Shown: one piece after another, positions 18,010 to 31,352 of the stretch
Position numbering within the stretch: position 1 is the stretch's first letter
Layout of the letters: every line of letters begins with the position of its first letter
Origin: Verrucomicrobiota bacterium
GTDB lineage: Bacteria > Verrucomicrobiota > Verrucomicrobiia > Opitutales > Coraliomargaritaceae
Length of the DNA: 64,000 nt
NCBI GenBank assembly: GCA_039815375.1
Contig: JBCBZJ010000001.1
Coordinates: forward strand, 256,001-320,000
Direction: 5' to 3'
The notes under the pieces: model-generated
What the model saw: the letters and a program-made list of their open reading frames with translations, nothing else
What the model was told of the DNA's origin: nothing
The model's database searches: none
Translations under genes and position numbers: made by a program

Positions 18010-21000
18010 CTAGTCCGAGGTTTGCAAGCCCACGGTGATGCGGAAGAAATTCTGATCGAAATTCGACTCGGAAGTCTTTGCCGTCAAACCGTAGCGGTCC
18101 TCGCTAAGATAGCCCAGCCCGTTATCTGCAGGGCCAACAAAACTCGCACTTTCTAGAGTCTGCGACGAGACGAGGCCGAAGACAAATGCGTCAACATATT
18201 CGTCCGGGAAGGTGAACTGCACTTCAAATGTATTGATCGGTTCTCCGCTCCAGATGATTTCGATTTCAGTTGGGAACAAATTATAAATGGGTTCAGCAAG
18301 ATCTCCAGCGCGTGGATCGGCTCCTGAGATTTGATACTGCAGGTAGGAGTGCCCGGTATCCGGATGTTCGTCGTAGGCATCGACGGCTCCGATCTCACCG
18401 AAGAAGAATTGCTCCCATGCGTCGTCGAGAAGGTTGGCATTGGTGTCGTTGTCGGTGGCGACGGGCGTTACGATGGAGTCGATGGATATGATCTCCATTG
18501 TGTCGAATCCAGTTACTGGATCCACATCTGTGTAGCCACTCAAGGTATAGCTTGTGCCAATATTCAGGCCCAGGCCCTGTTCGAGGATAAAGCGTTCTCC
18601 GGATGCATCTGTAAGCCAAGCCAGATTGTTATTCAAGAGGCGGCGGTAGTCATAGCGATGCCCCGGAGTGGTCGGCTCTTCGATGAAGAGTGTCCATTGT
18701 TCTGTTGGGCGCTTTGTGTCGAGAGCGAGTGCCAGAATCGCGAGGAGTTCCGTTTGCGCATCGGCTAGATCCTGGGCGGGTATGGTGGAGAATGGGTCGG
18801 TGCGTGCCGGATCACCCGGTGCGGGGTCGACAATGGAGCCGGAGCGCAAGATCGAGCGCCAGGCATCGAGGGGCAGTGCCATGAGTGGATTGGCGTCGGA
18901 TGTAGCAACGTGTCGGTCGTAAATCGTGTTTGCGAGTGTTGGCAGATCTGCTGAGGCACGGACCTCGGTGTCGATGACTTGGAGCATGGATTGGAAGTCA
19001 CACCCATCGTCAAGGAGTGCCTCAAGCATGTCCTGGGATAAATTCGTTTTCGCTGCTTCTCCATCACGGGATCCAAATAGTGTCCAATCGTCGACTGTTG
19101 AAGGGACCTCGAGGCTGGACTTTATGTCGGTGCTCAGCGTGTCGAGTGCAGAGAAAAGCGCCTGCTCTCCTAGGGTCGCGATTATCGTATCCACAGGATC
19201 AATACGTGTGATTTGTGTGACGGGATCAAAGCTTGAATAGGCGGTTCGTGCTGCTGCGATCCAGGCGTCTGCGTCGCTCTGCAGATCTGTGCCGGTGGGA
19301 ACGGTGACGATACTTGGTGGATCAAAGGCTGGGTTCTGGAGGATGCGGAATGTTTCCCGACCGTCACGAGGTGCGGGGATACTGGAACCAAGACCAAAGT
19401 AGGTCGGCGTCGAAAGGATAAGCCATTCGTGGTCGGGGAGATTGCTGGTTACATCCATTCGAGCAGCATCGCTTCCGGCGAGTGTGCCACTTGTGATCTC
19501 TTTGACTTCGTTGCGGGTGAGTAATGTGGATCGCATGTCGTAGGCAAATAGGTTTGTGCCCTCGGTATCGTCGGCGCGATCTGTCGCCTGCTGAGCTAAG
19601 TCTCCGTCAGAAGGTGGTGTGTTGGCCGGGGGTGTCGTCGGTGTGCCGCCATCGTCGTATGGTGCGGCGGAACCCGTTGTGCTGTCGAAGGCCTGGGCAT
19701 AGAGGAAGAATCCTTCTCCAAGGAAAGGCGGGTTTCGATCTTCCGGTGCGACATTGCTGAGTGGATCGTTCGGATCCGTTTCCTGATACGTGTTGAGGGC
19801 GATTTCGTAGCCGAGTATCTCTTCGAGGTCAGGCTGGAAATCCAGATCAGTGTCGGCCCCACCAAATGGGTCGAGTTGTCTGGCCTCCTCGACATAGTCT
19901 GGCACGCCGTCGTTGTCGGAGTCGATGGAGTTGAGGTCGACGGAGAAGCTGAAGCTGCGGTTTTGTATCGGCCCCATTTTTCCGGTTGTGAGGTCTCGCG
20001 CATAAAAGATGAGTTCAGTCGGATATCCAATCGTGAGCGGCTCGGTGTATTGCGTCCAAAAGTTTTCCGATGTGCGCCTAAAGAAGGCTTCTGCAGTCTG
20101 GTCGTCGAAGAGAAGGGTAAAGGTTACGGCAGTGTTGTAGGTGCCGGATTCTGGAGAAGCGATAAGTGACGGGATGGAGAGGGAGAAGGTATCGGCTAGA
20201 GAGGCAACCGAAGCATTGGCATCGATCTGACTGGTCATGACATGCGTCGCGCCAGTCGGTGCAGCCGTTGCATAGGCGGAAGGGTTATCCAGACCGGAGC
20301 TTGAGCCGACAAAGGTCTCCCGCTCGAGGCTGGTCGGTAGGGTGCCGCCTCCGAGTGTCCAGTCTGGCACGATATCGAGCTGGAGGAGTTCGGCGGTCGG
20401 ATCGACGAGTGGAGTCGAGTTATACCAAAAGAGTGTCGCGAAGTCGGTGGAAGGGGCGCTCAGCCAAGGCGAAAGCTCGCCTGATGCGATTTGATTCCAG
20501 CCGCTACCGGTGTTTGTGAAAAAGTGCCAATTTGTGCTGACGAGATCGTTCCCACTCTGGAAGGCGACGATACCCTCGCCCGGGATCGGTAAAAGTCCGG
20601 TAATAAGATCATCGCCGGACGGGCTAAATGCCTGAACGATAGTGAATTCGAATTCGGTCGGCACTGGCCCGTTTGGAACGACCAGAGCATAGACTGCCTC
20701 AGTGCCATCGGCTGAGGTGATGAGAACCCCTTCGGACGCATTTGGGATACCTCCGTAGGGAATTGGAGCAATGGAGCCTATACCAAAACTCAGCGGGAGT
20801 GAGGGAGCCAAATTTTCAGTGAAGCCGCCGAAGGTGTGCGTGAAAATCTCTGCAACGGGCTGACCGGGAACATAGGCGATGGTGCAAATGCGACCGTCGT
20901 TACCAATGACTTCGGTCGTCAGCTGGCTACCCATCGCAACGTTGTCCCCTGTATTGGCTCCTTCGATGGCATCGCCGCTGCGAAAGATTGAGATCAGTGA

Positions 21001-21597
21001 GTCTGGAGTCGGTGAGTCGAAAATCCCCATACCCAGTTGATCGCCGGAAACGGGATCACGCAATGGGACGGACTTGCGGAGTGCGGCGTTAATTGGATCG
21101 ATTAGATCGAGCTGGGTCTTTGCCGAAAATGGGTCCTCTATCAGCTCGAGACTATTGGCACCTGGGCCATAGAGGCTGCTAAGAAAGACGGGCTCGTCGG
21201 TGTTTCCGGAAACGTTGAGTGGAAATGCAAGCTCTGGTCCCGGCACCGATGGGAAAAGGTAGCGGGGTTGCGTCTCGTTTTCGGCCAGAAAGGCGACGCG
21301 GTTCGAAAAGATGGACGACAAGATGACGTATTCGTTGCCCCCGGAGACAAAGCCCGAGCTCAGGCCCGTGATATCGGACAGATCGGAACGCAGTGGCCCA
21401 GTCTGAAGAAGCGTGCCATTGAACTCGGAGAAGAAGCGGACTTGCCCCGTTGATTTGTCGACAAAGGCAAAGCGGTCCGATTGCTCCATCGGCACGAACC
21501 ATTCGTTTGGCAACGAGGTGGCAGGAGCGGCATCGGTGACGCAGGAGAGTCCCGCGAGGCAGAGCGATATCGGAGCAAGCTTGATTAAGTGTTTCAC
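18010..21597 (-). CDS. Large secreted protein C (about 1195 aa): beta-rich N-terminus, Fn3-associated/CHB-like module, Ca-binding DxDxD repeats, C-terminal sorting-like tail
   Basis: GTG 21597 gives signal peptide [23 protein letters not shown] and removes the overlap with the upstream gene; [52 protein letters not shown]; ends [13 protein letters not shown]. Confidence 0.85.
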   Translation of the reverse strand: MKHLIKLAPISLCLAGLSCVTDAAPATSLPNEWFVPMEQSDRFAFVDKSTGQVRFFSEFNGTLLQTGPLRSDLSDITGLSSGFVSGGNEYVILSSIFSNRVAFLAENETQPRYLFPSVPGPELAFPLNVSGNTDEPVFLSSLYGPGANSLELIEDPFSAKTQLDLIDPINAALRKSVPLRDPVSGDQLGMGIFDSPTPDSLISIFRSGDAIEGANTGDNVAMGSQLTTEVIGNDGRICTIAYVPGQPVAEIFTHTFGGFTENLAPSLPLSFGIGSIAPIPYGGIPNASEGVLITSADGTEAVYALVVPNGPVPTEFEFTIVQAFSPSGDDLITGLLPIPGEGIVAFQSGNDLVSTNWHFFTNTGSGWNQIASGELSPWLSAPSTDFATLFWYNSTPLVDPTAELLQLDIVPDWTLGGGTLPTSLERETFVGSSSGLDNPSAYATAAPTGATHVMTSQIDANASVASLADTFSLSIPSLIASPESGTYNTAVTFTLLFDDQTAEAFFRRTSENFWTQYTEPLTIGYPTELIFYARDLTTGKMGPIQNRSFSFSVDLNSIDSDNDGVPDYVEEARQLDPFGGADTDLDFQPDLEEILGYEIALNTYQETDPNDPLSNVAPEDRNPPFLGEGFFLYAQAFDSTTGSAAPYDDGGTPTTPPANTPPSDGDLAQQATDRADDTEGTNLFAYDMRSTLLTRNEVKEITSGTLAGSDAARMDVTSNLPDHEWLILSTPTYFGLGSSIPAPRDGRETFRILQNPAFDPPSIVTVPTGTDLQSDADAWIAAARTAYSSFDPVTQITRIDPVDTIIATLGEQALFSALDTLSTDIKSSLEVPSTVDDWTLFGSRDGEAAKTNLSQDMLEALLDDGCDFQSMLQVIDTEVRASADLPTLANTIYDRHVATSDANPLMALPLDAWRSILRSGSIVDPAPGDPARTDPFSTIPAQDLADAQTELLAILALALDTKRPTEQWTLFIEEPTTPGHRYDYRRLLNNNLAWLTDASGERFILEQGLGLNIGTSYTLSGYTDVDPVTGFDTMEIISIDSIVTPVATDNDTNANLLDDAWEQFFFGEIGAVDAYDEHPDTGHSYLQYQISGADPRAGDLAEPIYNLFPTEIEIIWSGEPINTFEVQFTFPDEYVDAFVFGLVSSQTLESASFVGPADNGLGYLSEDRYGLTAKTSESNFDQNFFRITVGLQTSD

Positions 21598-21617
21598 AGC
21601 GTCAGGACCTTCTTTTG

Positions 21618-24600
21618 TTACGGGTGTGAAATCGTGTTCGTTGGAATGATGCGACTGATCTCTCCGCGTTCGGTGAAGTGAACGATCAGGTATTGGTAGT
21701 TGGCGCCAGAGGAGGCTGGCACCACGTCGCGAATCCACATGGTCGAGTCGAATACCGAGTTTGCGGGATTCGCCGAGGCATCGATCTCTAGATATTCTGG
21801 GTTCGATGGGGAGCCTGAGATAGCGACTCCAGTCGTAAAGGTTGAGAGATCGCGGGAAAAGCTGCCCGATAGTGGGACTGGCATTGGAGTCGGGAAGGAC
21901 TGGTCGAATGTGCTGAAGATAAAGAATGGATCACGCGCGCGGAAGTAGTCGAAGGAGTTTCCATTTTGATCGCTGCCGGTCAGGGTCTGATAGGCAATGC
22001 GGTCGATCAACGGTGTGATTTGAACAAGATTCGGCTTGGCGTCCGGGAAGCGTGTTGAGGCTACTTGATAGCGGTAGATAACAAAGGGGACGACACTTTC
22101 AAGAGAGTCGGCTGGGAGTGTATCTATGTTCTGTTTGCGGTAGTTGAAGAGCCACTCAATCGGGTCGCGATCGTCAGGGAAGGAGGCTTCTGAGGTAGAC
22201 TCATTCCCTATGCCTGTTGCAGGAAACAGGCCGACGAGGATCGCTGCAGAAGCGCCCATATTGTTCATCGCGGTTGGTGGAATCGGGTAGGCGAAAAATG
22301 GGCCCTCTCCAGGAACGTAGCTATCCACGTCGATACCAATATCTGCGATTCCGGGAAGGGGGCGTGCTGGCCAGGGGATCACGTCCTGAGGCCCAGAGAC
22401 AGGTTGTATCCATAAGTCTGATACGATATTTGAAAAGTCGCCTCGGGTGTATTCGTAGGCATCGGTCGAAGGGTCGAGCACCTGTGAGCCGATGCCTCGC
22501 ACTACGTAGTAGAGTTTCTTGTCCGCCGGGACGGTAAGATTTAATGAGAACTCACCATTGCTGCCAAACCCGGATGCCAGAGAGTTTGTTCGATAGACGG
22601 AGAAGGTGAGGGTCTCGCCGTTCTCATCGGTTAGGTTTGGATTCGTGTCTGGCTCGATCGGCAGTGAGAGTTGAGTCGAGTCGATGCCTGGATCTGAGTC
22701 GCCTTCTGCTGCGACCCATACCTCGAAGCGATCAATGCCGACTGGATCGCAGAACCATGAAAGTTTGACGACGGGAAGATTGCCAGCTGGGTCAAGGTCT
22801 ACGGGGTCGAAGAGCATGGGGACACCCAGATCTTCGTTCTGGACCGTGACGCATCCGAGCCGGACCATGGCCGAGCCGTTCCCGTGCAGGTCGAAGACTT
22901 GAGCGTAGTAGCATGCGGTTGTTCCGTTAACGAGAGTCGGCGCGCGTTCCTTCCATTCGTAAATCGCATCGAAATCGCTCTCGCTGGATTCGCGGGAGAT
23001 CAGCTGGAACTCTGGAGATCCATCTACGCGTCGGTAGACACGGACTTCTCGCACGCCGTCGCTGAGGAAGACGGTGCCGCATACGCCGGTGATGGAATCG
23101 TCTGGACCTACAGGTGTGTGAGGATAGGGCACGATGCCGGGGATAACTTCGACCCATGGAGGGCAGTCTTCGATTCGGCCACTACTGCCGTCGGGGAGGA
23201 GCTCGAGGACGCGTTCATTGATGGACCCATTTTCATCACGAAGGAAGGATGAAGCAATGAGTGTCGGGCAGCAAATTTCGACATAGCCCCGAAAATCATA
23301 GCGCGTGATGAGGCCCTGCTCCTGGTTGAATCCGAGCGCACTGATCGTGACCCAAGAGCTGACGGATCCATCGCCGAGGCGTGCCCGCACTCGTATGTTT
23401 TTTCCATCTTTGTCAGCAATGGGCACGATTACGTCACCATACTGCTCGAATCCTTTGTAATAATAGGTTGTCGAAAATTGAGTTTCGAATGTTCCGTTGG
23501 AGGCGTTGTCGACACCGTATTCCACATCGAAAGATTTGACCTTCTTTATGACGGCGTCGCTTTCTGGATCGGTGCGGGAGACGCGAACAACAAATCCTGG
23601 ATCACTGTCATTGAGTCCATAATCGGAGCGTCGCGCAGTGGTGCCTTCATTGGTTAGAGTTAAGTATGGGATGCAGTAGCAAATGATAAGGGAGCCGGTT
23701 GGCTTATCTGGGCCAACTCGGTCGCGCGGCACGCCGTAGGTTGCTCCGGAGTGGCCCGAGTAATTTTGCGGGGTGCATGCCGTGGTGTCCACCGCACGCA
23801 CGGTATACCAGAAGGTCTGTCCCATTGCGGAGTCGTTTTCACTGTTTACTACGGGTGCTCCCGTGTCGGCTCCGACAGTCGCGTCATTCGGGTCCTGACC
23901 ACCCGGGCCATCTAGGTCGAGATCAGCGGCATTGTCGTCATCAAAGTAAGCGTAACGCTGGCCCGGCACATGAGGCACGCTACCAATGTAGTTGGCCTCA
24001 GGGTCTGCGCCGAGACGCATCCAATCTGTAGCGGCATGCCAGCGATAGATACGGTATTCGCTCGCGGTGCGGTCTTCCGGGGTATCCGGCAGCTGCTCGA
24101 TGACGACTTGGAGGTGTTGTGTGCCCGTGCCGGCAAGTGGGTCGGCGCTGGCCATGTCGAAGATGTTGTCGACCGAAACAATCGATGGTGCTGGGGGTGG
24201 TAGGCGGTCGCAGACCGTGATCAGAAGTGATGGCGGGGAGAGCGGCCCTGGGTGCCCTGCGATATCACGCGCGGCGACATAGTAGTAAAATTGTTCGCCG
24301 TCTTCAAACCCGGGGTCTGGTGCGTCGTTGTCGTCGCCGTAGAAGAAGTCGCCTTCTTGAAAGCTTGTGTCGGCTGCTTCCGCATCGGAGATGAGTGAGC
24401 TCGCCACTGCCGGGAGCCGATTAACGCGGATGCCACCCAGACCAAGCAGGTCGGCTTCGAAGAAGAGGCTGTTCGGTGAAATCGCAGCGTTATCGATGAT
24501 TTCTTTTGAAATACGGTAGAGGTTGAAGCCGTAGGTGTGGGGCATGAGCGCGCGGAGGTCATCTGGCGTTCCCCAGCGCGTGAGGATGGTGAGGTGGTCT

Positions 24601-25340
24601 TTCGGCGAGGCGTTGTTTTGCAGATTCGGGTCGTTCACGTGGAAGACCTGACGTGGCGCGTCGGGCGAGAGCAGCATTTGAGGGTTGTCTGCGTCGAGTG
24701 TGACGCGCCCGATGACGCGAATGTCATCATTGCTTCCATCGATCTCGCGGACCTCGTAGGTGCGCAGTGATGCCGAAGGAACTTGAATGCTAAAGCCGAG
24801 CCCAAGGCACATTTGCACGCCGGGGTGGGCACGGCCGAGGGAGACGAGCGACTGGAGCACTTCCGCATCAGTCAGAGCGACGGTCATGATCTGAGCAAGA
24901 TCCTGAGCGACGTCTAAATCGATCTCAGTGGGGTAGACGTAGTCTGCCGGTAGCGGAACGGCTTGAGCTTCCGCATTCAGCGCGACGATACGTTCCGGAA
25001 GCTGCGCACCATCAGCATCTACGAGCTCGCCCAGTTTGAGGAGGGCCTGAATCGTGCTCGGGGTGTATTGCAGCTCCTGGATACCGACGAGTTCGTAATC
25101 ATCGACTGAGTCGGCATTGCCATCTTTTGCGTAGATACCGAAGCGCTTGCCGAAAATCGTGGCAGCATCACCCGGCTGCCAAAGAAGGTAGTCGTGCAAG
25201 GTGCTGCCTTCGTTGGTTTCGAAGCTTTTGCCGACGGTGTAAACAAGTGGGTCGGCGTTTTGCGCTTGCAGGCTACCCAAGCCGCAGAGCGCGAGTAGGC
25301 CGAGTGTAGCTCCTTGTATTAGATTTAAGAGTGGCTTCAT
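21618..25340 (-). CDS. Large secreted protein B (1240 aa) with fibronectin-III-like repeats
   Basis: Signal peptide ending LQA-Q; recurring [48 protein letters not shown] strands and [16 protein letters not shown] linkers. Confidence 0.85.
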   Translation of the reverse strand: MKPLLNLIQGATLGLLALCGLGSLQAQNADPLVYTVGKSFETNEGSTLHDYLLWQPGDAATIFGKRFGIYAKDGNADSVDDYELVGIQELQYTPSTIQALLKLGELVDADGAQLPERIVALNAEAQAVPLPADYVYPTEIDLDVAQDLAQIMTVALTDAEVLQSLVSLGRAHPGVQMCLGLGFSIQVPSASLRTYEVREIDGSNDDIRVIGRVTLDADNPQMLLSPDAPRQVFHVNDPNLQNNASPKDHLTILTRWGTPDDLRALMPHTYGFNLYRISKEIIDNAAISPNSLFFEADLLGLGGIRVNRLPAVASSLISDAEAADTSFQEGDFFYGDDNDAPDPGFEDGEQFYYYVAARDIAGHPGPLSPPSLLITVCDRLPPPAPSIVSVDNIFDMASADPLAGTGTQHLQVVIEQLPDTPEDRTASEYRIYRWHAATDWMRLGADPEANYIGSVPHVPGQRYAYFDDDNAADLDLDGPGGQDPNDATVGADTGAPVVNSENDSAMGQTFWYTVRAVDTTACTPQNYSGHSGATYGVPRDRVGPDKPTGSLIICYCIPYLTLTNEGTTARRSDYGLNDSDPGFVVRVSRTDPESDAVIKKVKSFDVEYGVDNASNGTFETQFSTTYYYKGFEQYGDVIVPIADKDGKNIRVRARLGDGSVSSWVTISALGFNQEQGLITRYDFRGYVEICCPTLIASSFLRDENGSINERVLELLPDGSSGRIEDCPPWVEVIPGIVPYPHTPVGPDDSITGVCGTVFLSDGVREVRVYRRVDGSPEFQLISRESSESDFDAIYEWKERAPTLVNGTTACYYAQVFDLHGNGSAMVRLGCVTVQNEDLGVPMLFDPVDLDPAGNLPVVKLSWFCDPVGIDRFEVWVAAEGDSDPGIDSTQLSLPIEPDTNPNLTDENGETLTFSVYRTNSLASGFGSNGEFSLNLTVPADKKLYYVVRGIGSQVLDPSTDAYEYTRGDFSNIVSDLWIQPVSGPQDVIPWPARPLPGIADIGIDVDSYVPGEGPFFAYPIPPTAMNNMGASAAILVGLFPATGIGNESTSEASFPDDRDPIEWLFNYRKQNIDTLPADSLESVVPFVIYRYQVASTRFPDAKPNLVQITPLIDRIAYQTLTGSDQNGNSFDYFRARDPFFIFSTFDQSFPTPMPVPLSGSFSRDLSTFTTGVAISGSPSNPEYLEIDASANPANSVFDSTMWIRDVVPASSGANYQYLIVHFTERGEISRIIPTNTISHP

Positions 25341-25392
25341 GGCTATGAAATCTTGAAAGGCTTCCGTAAGTCGATGTGTCGAGGTGTTCAGT

Positions 25393-28300
25393 TTACTTCA
25401 TGGACCAGTTGCCATCGTCGAAGAGGAGTTTTACGGCTCTGCTAAATTTGACGCAGATCGGGCACCAACCCACGCGTGCCGAGAATTTACCCGTTCCCGC
25501 ACCGCGTAGTGTGCCGCCCTGAGAGGCCAGGATGATTTTGATCTCACCCTTGATTGAGACGATGCAGAGCGCTTCACCGGATACGCCGAGGAAGACCTTA
25601 CCTCCGACGACGATGTCACTCGCGTCGATGTCATTGAGGTCACCCTGCACGAAGAAGAAGGCCCCAGCGCCGACTCCGGCATCGATCCTGAAGAGGCAGG
25701 ATGCGGGCACACCGAGGACGAGTTCGGACACAGGTAGCCAGACTTCACCATAGACGTAGGCCCCGGTGAAGCTGTCGCCACCCTCGAGGACATCGCCTAT
25801 ATCCGGATCGACAAATAGCAGTGGCTCCAAGGTGCACGTTCGGCCAAAGAAGATGCCTGCGGCTACTTCGTAGCTGGAGAAGATCGCGCGGGCCTTTGCG
25901 CCCAGATAGCATTCCTCAAGGCCAATGGCCATTGTCGCACCGAACTCGAGGATCTTGAAGGTCTCGAAATCAATCTCTCCGTCTGCAAGTTCAAAGCTTC
26001 CGCCAACGCCAATCGGTAGCGGTGGTAGGCCGCCATCGCCATCGCGATCTTTGAGTGAGAGTTTTACACCGAGGTTGATCTTGCACTCTGAGATCCACTC
26101 GACGGAGACATCCTGGGCACCGATCCGGACTTCGACGACTTTCTCGCCCGGCTTCACACAGCCGGACTCGACGAAGTTATCTTCCGAGGAGTAGGCAAGG
26201 ATCTCGAGGAAGACGTGGAGTGCCATATCCTCGGGCACTTTAAACTGCATCTGTGCGTCGAGCCTGAGCTTGCGCAGTGAGTCGCCGTTAAACTCAGCGA
26301 AGCCCGATATCTCACCCGAGCCCATGTAGTCGGAGACGTCGCCAAGCATGGAGTTGATCTGATCTTCAAGCGGTCCGATGGCCTTACTGATCGCTTCTTT
26401 GAGGACTACACTGAACTGCGCGAAGACCGATTGCAGCGATGAGGTCACCTTGTCGGAGATATCGTAAAGCGTTTGGCGCAAAATATACTGCGTCTGTGTG
26501 ACGATATCTGATCCGAGGATCGCATCTTTGATCTCATCCTTAACGAGCTGGACGAATGCATCTTCGCTGAATTCTGCCAAGAAGCTGTCGGCATACTCGC
26601 TGAAAAGTTCCGCCTGAGCTGATGCATCGGTAATGCCGAGAGACTGTTCGATCTGCAGGAAGAGTGACCAAGCACGTGTCGTCGCGGGGCGGATCATTTC
26701 GTTGAGATCACCGCCAGACTTTGCGGCGATGATCATATCCGTAAATTGGTCGACGATGTCGCCTACATTGGTCAACTCGGTATGAACGTCAGCGAGGAAG
26801 CCGCGGACGGTGACAAGTGCTTCGCTGATCTGCTCTAGCGTTGGATCAACGTCTACCAGGAGCGCGTTCAGCTCGTCGTTGAGCTCGGAGGTAAGATTCA
26901 GGATGAGCGGTTCGACCACGTCGCGGACTTGTGGCTCAACGAGCTCAACCAGTAGCGTTCGAATTACTGCCGGTACGATCTGGCGATCGCCATTGCCGTC
27001 TTTGGAAAGGATGCCGGGCAAGTCGATTGAAGCTAAGCTTGGTGTGGTGATGTTTGCGGTATAGTCCTGAGCCTCGTCGATACCCACGGTGATGGCGTCG
27101 ATGCCTTTGATGATCTCCTCAAGTGCCTCTTCGATCTGAGTGAGGAAGCTGCCAACGTCACCTCCAGTGTCGGCTATGAGGCAGAGCTGATCCTGAATAG
27201 CCTGGAGCTCTGGGATGCTTAGGAAGAGTGCGTCGCTCGGATCGTTGAGCGTATTTTTAACCTCCGTCTTGAAATCCAGATAAGAGTATCCGGGGTTGTT
27301 CGTATGGAAACCCTCAACAAGGCGGTAGAGCTCGCGGATCGGACCAGGTGAATCTGCTGTGCCTGCAGCCGCTTCGACGACTGGATCGATCATGTCGTTC
27401 AGACTGTCTTCGAGCATCTTCTCGAGTTCACTCAGACCGGCATCGATTGCATCCTTAGGCGCTTGGCCGATCTCGTTGGCGATGGCGTTGGCGGCACCAT
27501 CGATTTGATCGTTGAGGAAGTTCGTCAGCTTGATTTCGGGAAGCCCGTCATAAGTCGCGCCGAACGAAATGTTGGTGAACTTCGCGTCCATCCAGTCGAT
27601 CTTGTGCTCCATTTGAGCAACGAAGATATCTTGGGTGCGTGCTTTATTCGAAGCGAAGCGTCGCGTGTTGTCATCCCAAAGCAGCGGGTATTCGAGCGGG
27701 ATGAAGCCGAACATATCCTGACGCGCTTTGATCAGGTAGGTCTCAAGGGTGTCTATAGTAGGAGACTTGTATTCGTCGAAATCAATCGTCCCGAGTGGTG
27801 GGAAGGAACGGTGGTCCGAGTCGAAGCTAACGTCGGTAAAGAATGTTTCCCCTGAGTCGGTCCATCCCGGAGTGAGTGCGAACGTGGCCGAGTCGGAGGT
27901 CGGGTCGTCGTTCGTCGTTGAGGTAGTGATGGCCTGCACCTCGAGGTCGGTGAAGTATGGAATGTCGATGGTGCCGGCGAAGGTCACAATGCCGCCACCG
28001 TGAGAGGGTGCCCCGGTCTCGGTCGGATTGTTGAAGCGGAGCTTAGTCGTGGTGACCAGGTTGTAGTCCTTGTTCGGGCCGGACAGTCCGATCGACGCAG
28101 GAAGGCGTAACTGTGAGTCAACAGATCCTGAGCCGCCAAGCACGTCTGCGAGCGTGGTGAGGTTTCCGCTTGGATCAAACGCGAGCGAGCCAGTCAGCAC
28201 CTGTGGCACGTGAGACGCTCTCAGACTTGCGCCAACGGCGAGGTTTGCGCCGAAATCCTTCGGGCATGCGCCCGGGTTCTTCTCGAAGGTATCGAAGGCC

Positions 28301-31122
28301 ATGGCCTTCAGGTCGAAGTTCGAATTCCAATAGGTGAGTGCTTTATCCTCTGCGTCCGACAAGTCGGGCGTCATTTCACCCGGCTCGCCAAGGCAATCGA
28401 AACGGAGGCTGAAGAAGGCTTGCGTCCAGTCCGAGTAGTTGGCGGGAGCTGAGCCTCCGACAGCGATGGCTCCATCGACCCAGCTGGCGCAGCCCTCAGA
28501 TTCGTTGTTGCTATCTAGGAATGAGAGTTGGAAGCGCGCAACCTCAACTTCGAATCCGTGTAGAGTGAGGCTGTCGTTGAAAGTGCCGTCGGTCGCGACT
28601 TGGCGACCGTTGACGCCGCCTTCGCGAATATAGTATTTCGAACCGGAGTTCGCGTCGAGGTCACTATCTTGGTCGGCAAGCAGATCGTAGGGGTAGTCGG
28701 ACATGTTACCGGCGAGGCGTGAGGCACCGGCAAAGTTAGCTGCCTGCACTTCGAAGGTCAGTCCGGCGAAGTCACCGTTGCCTTTGGTGTATTCCAATTC
28801 AGAGAGGATGTGGAGGTCCGGCGAGCCGAGTGGATCCCGGTTGAAGGCGGCCAGTAGCAGCGCTGCGGGTGCTCCGTCGCCCGCTACGGATTGGTAGACG
28901 TTGCTCGTCAACAGCGCATTCGAAGTGGCATAGAGTTGATAGCCGGGCATGTAGAAATTGCCCTCTGTAAATTTCCCTGTTCGGTGGGCGTAGTTGATCG
29001 CATCACGCTTACCCCATTCAAGTTCGTGGCCGCTGCCACTGTTGATGCCGTTGACCTCGCCGAATCCGTGCAGGCCGCCACCGGGTGCAAAGTAAAGCGT
29101 CGCGTCGACTACTTCCGATGTGATGGTCTCGAACTCTTCGTAACAGTCGTCTTCGACGCAGTCCTTGTAGTAGGGGACCTTGACCTCGGCGACGTTATTC
29201 AGCGCTGCGCCGTCAACCGAGCTGATGGCTCCTTCGATCAGACTGACTGGGGAGGCATTGGCGTAAGTGATATTCGATTTCTTCGGAAAGTGCGTATCGA
29301 ATGTATCGGGGGAGAGTTCCAGGTCTGCGGTCGCACGGGAGGTGCCGTCGTTGGCTCGTGTGAAGACGACACTGGCACTCTTGGCCGATGCAGTGAGTAG
29401 GTAGCGATCGTTGGAGCAGCGGTCCGCCATTGAGGGGTCATCGAGTTGCCCGCCGCCCAGTAGAACTTTTAGTTCCTCATAAGCATCTTTATGGGCGTAT
29501 TTGGCACTCGCGATGGTGAACTCGAGAGTGCCGTCTGTATTGAGCTGGCCGTCCGAAGCGTTGAAGATGATCGGGTGGGATTCGTCGGCGACTGCCGAGT
29601 TCGCGGTAAAATGCATCGCGAGGCTGAGCGGGCTCGTCCAGCAGAGATGATCATCTAGAGTAACAATCTGCGTGTCGTTGAATCGCGTCACTCCCAGAAA
29701 TTGATTTGTGGTCGTATCCTTGAAGAAGGTCATTCCCTGTGGGAAATCGACAGAGAAGCCGTTAGCGGAGGCTCCGGTTGTGCTCAGGGTCACTGAGTTG
29801 AAGCTTACATCCGGATGATCGATACAGGCGGGAGCAACCGTCGCGGGAGAGCCATCAGGGTAGGCGGTTTCACTACCGCTAAAGAGCTCCATGTGCCCGT
29901 CGGCAAAGAGGCGCACATCCATTGAGCTGCTGGTGCCGAAGTTGACGTCGGATCGGGTGACGAGGGATCCGCCATCGGTCGGGACCTCAATAGTGGTGTT
30001 TACATAGGTCGCTGTGGTGCTGTTTGCGGCAGGTGTATTATCGAATGTGTTGACGATGGCCTCGAGAGGCCCAAATTCCAAATCGCCGTTGAAATGAAGG
30101 AGCTGCTGAGCGGCGAGCGCTGTGGTGAAGCTGCTTTGCTCGTTGTTGTTGGGGTCTTCGACATGGCGGATCGTCGCTTCGACATAGTAGGTTTCGTTGA
30201 CCGAGTCGAGCTGGTTCAGCGGCAAGATCTGCTCTTCAAAAATCGCTAGGCCGTCCTCCGGGATCGGGCGGGTTCCGTTGCTCACATGCGAATTTATGGC
30301 AATGACTTGCGAGAATTCGCCATCGTTCTCCAGCGGGATTTCGTTCCCTGTGCTTTGTTCAAAAAGGTCAAAGTCGACAGTGATCGTCGTATTCACACTA
30401 CTCGCACTTACCGCGAAATCATCGTATCGAAAGATAAAAACTGCCAGGCCGACTCCGAAGCCATCATCACTGCTGTCCGTTTGAAGCGCATAGGTCTTGG
30501 TCCAGTCAAGTCCTGTTTGGAAGGTCTTGATATTATACTCAAAGTCACCGCTGCTTGTGTTATTGAATTCGATCACAGGGCTGTTTGAGGATTCGACTAA
30601 CTGACCGACGACCGGGGCGTAGGGCGTGGACGGGATGGTTAGCGGTGCTGCTTCCAATTGGCCTTCGAGGAAATAGGTCTCCTCCGGGTCAAGTGCCGCG
30701 TCTGGAATGGCGACTGCGGTCAGAGTGAAGCTTTCTGAGTCCAGGCCGGCGGCAAGGCTTACCAGTTGCGCCGTCGAATAGACAATGGTGTCCCCTCCGC
30801 TTAGGGTAACGGGGGTAGGTGCACCCCCATTCTCCGCCATAAGGCGAGTGGCGACTCGGTAAAATCTTAAGGAGCCTGAGTCCCCGGGAGAGGTATTTTC
30901 AACCGTGACACTGAATTCTCCGTTGATCCCATCGAAGTTCGTGTTGGCGTCGGCGTCGGCACCGTCTGCGTCGAGAATATAATAGGAATTTGGGACGAAA
31001 ACGCTGTCGAGTGACTCATCGAGCGCAGCATGAAGCCCGATGGGCACACTTAAAAACAGAAGCGTAGAACCGAAGACGCCGCCGAGGAAGCGTTCGAAAA
31101 ATTTAGCACGAAGAGACTTCAT
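25393..31122 (-). CDS. Large secreted protein A (1909 aa), function unknown
   Basis: Uninterrupted 5.7-kb ORF; signal peptide ending LHA-A; beta-rich body, about 400-aa amphipathic helical segment, Gly/Cys-rich beta-strand C-terminus. Confidence 0.88.
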   Translation of the reverse strand: MKSLRAKFFERFLGGVFGSTLLFLSVPIGLHAALDESLDSVFVPNSYYILDADGADADANTNFDGINGEFSVTVENTSPGDSGSLRFYRVATRLMAENGGAPTPVTLSGGDTIVYSTAQLVSLAAGLDSESFTLTAVAIPDAALDPEETYFLEGQLEAAPLTIPSTPYAPVVGQLVESSNSPVIEFNNTSSGDFEYNIKTFQTGLDWTKTYALQTDSSDDGFGVGLAVFIFRYDDFAVSASSVNTTITVDFDLFEQSTGNEIPLENDGEFSQVIAINSHVSNGTRPIPEDGLAIFEEQILPLNQLDSVNETYYVEATIRHVEDPNNNEQSSFTTALAAQQLLHFNGDLEFGPLEAIVNTFDNTPAANSTTATYVNTTIEVPTDGGSLVTRSDVNFGTSSSMDVRLFADGHMELFSGSETAYPDGSPATVAPACIDHPDVSFNSVTLSTTGASANGFSVDFPQGMTFFKDTTTNQFLGVTRFNDTQIVTLDDHLCWTSPLSLAMHFTANSAVADESHPIIFNASDGQLNTDGTLEFTIASAKYAHKDAYEELKVLLGGGQLDDPSMADRCSNDRYLLTASAKSASVVFTRANDGTSRATADLELSPDTFDTHFPKKSNITYANASPVSLIEGAISSVDGAALNNVAEVKVPYYKDCVEDDCYEEFETITSEVVDATLYFAPGGGLHGFGEVNGINSGSGHELEWGKRDAINYAHRTGKFTEGNFYMPGYQLYATSNALLTSNVYQSVAGDGAPAALLLAAFNRDPLGSPDLHILSELEYTKGNGDFAGLTFEVQAANFAGASRLAGNMSDYPYDLLADQDSDLDANSGSKYYIREGGVNGRQVATDGTFNDSLTLHGFEVEVARFQLSFLDSNNESEGCASWVDGAIAVGGSAPANYSDWTQAFFSLRFDCLGEPGEMTPDLSDAEDKALTYWNSNFDLKAMAFDTFEKNPGACPKDFGANLAVGASLRASHVPQVLTGSLAFDPSGNLTTLADVLGGSGSVDSQLRLPASIGLSGPNKDYNLVTTTKLRFNNPTETGAPSHGGGIVTFAGTIDIPYFTDLEVQAITTSTTNDDPTSDSATFALTPGWTDSGETFFTDVSFDSDHRSFPPLGTIDFDEYKSPTIDTLETYLIKARQDMFGFIPLEYPLLWDDNTRRFASNKARTQDIFVAQMEHKIDWMDAKFTNISFGATYDGLPEIKLTNFLNDQIDGAANAIANEIGQAPKDAIDAGLSELEKMLEDSLNDMIDPVVEAAAGTADSPGPIRELYRLVEGFHTNNPGYSYLDFKTEVKNTLNDPSDALFLSIPELQAIQDQLCLIADTGGDVGSFLTQIEEALEEIIKGIDAITVGIDEAQDYTANITTPSLASIDLPGILSKDGNGDRQIVPAVIRTLLVELVEPQVRDVVEPLILNLTSELNDELNALLVDVDPTLEQISEALVTVRGFLADVHTELTNVGDIVDQFTDMIIAAKSGGDLNEMIRPATTRAWSLFLQIEQSLGITDASAQAELFSEYADSFLAEFSEDAFVQLVKDEIKDAILGSDIVTQTQYILRQTLYDISDKVTSSLQSVFAQFSVVLKEAISKAIGPLEDQINSMLGDVSDYMGSGEISGFAEFNGDSLRKLRLDAQMQFKVPEDMALHVFLEILAYSSEDNFVESGCVKPGEKVVEVRIGAQDVSVEWISECKINLGVKLSLKDRDGDGGLPPLPIGVGGSFELADGEIDFETFKILEFGATMAIGLEECYLGAKARAIFSSYEVAAGIFFGRTCTLEPLLFVDPDIGDVLEGGDSFTGAYVYGEVWLPVSELVLGVPASCLFRIDAGVGAGAFFFVQGDLNDIDASDIVVGGKVFLGVSGEALCIVSIKGEIKIILASQGGTLRGAGTGKFSARVGWCPICVKFSRAVKLLFDDGNWSMK

Positions 31123-31352
31123 TGCTATGCTGAACTGGAACGTTTGCTAGGAGATGGGCATCCAGTGCGTGGCAGAGGTTGCCCGGTGTGTTGTTAGAAG
31201 CTGCTCTTAAATAGGAACTCGAGCTTACTATCAAGTTCTTAACTCTACAGAATTTTCAGCCAAGGGTTCTTACGGCCAACCGAAACATGCTCGTGCTGTT
31301 CTGAAGAGTTCTAGAGTCATACCTATTTGTAAAAGATATGGTCTGATCTATA

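Noticed and set aside
21598..21738. N-terminal extension of protein C in the ORF track, overlapping protein B by 121 nt
   Set aside because: GTG at 21597 gives a clean signal peptide and no overlap.
18010..31122. Calling the giant-protein operon a prophage or contractile injection system
   Set aside because: No sheath, tube, baseplate, terminase or integrase motifs, and all three proteins have signal peptides.
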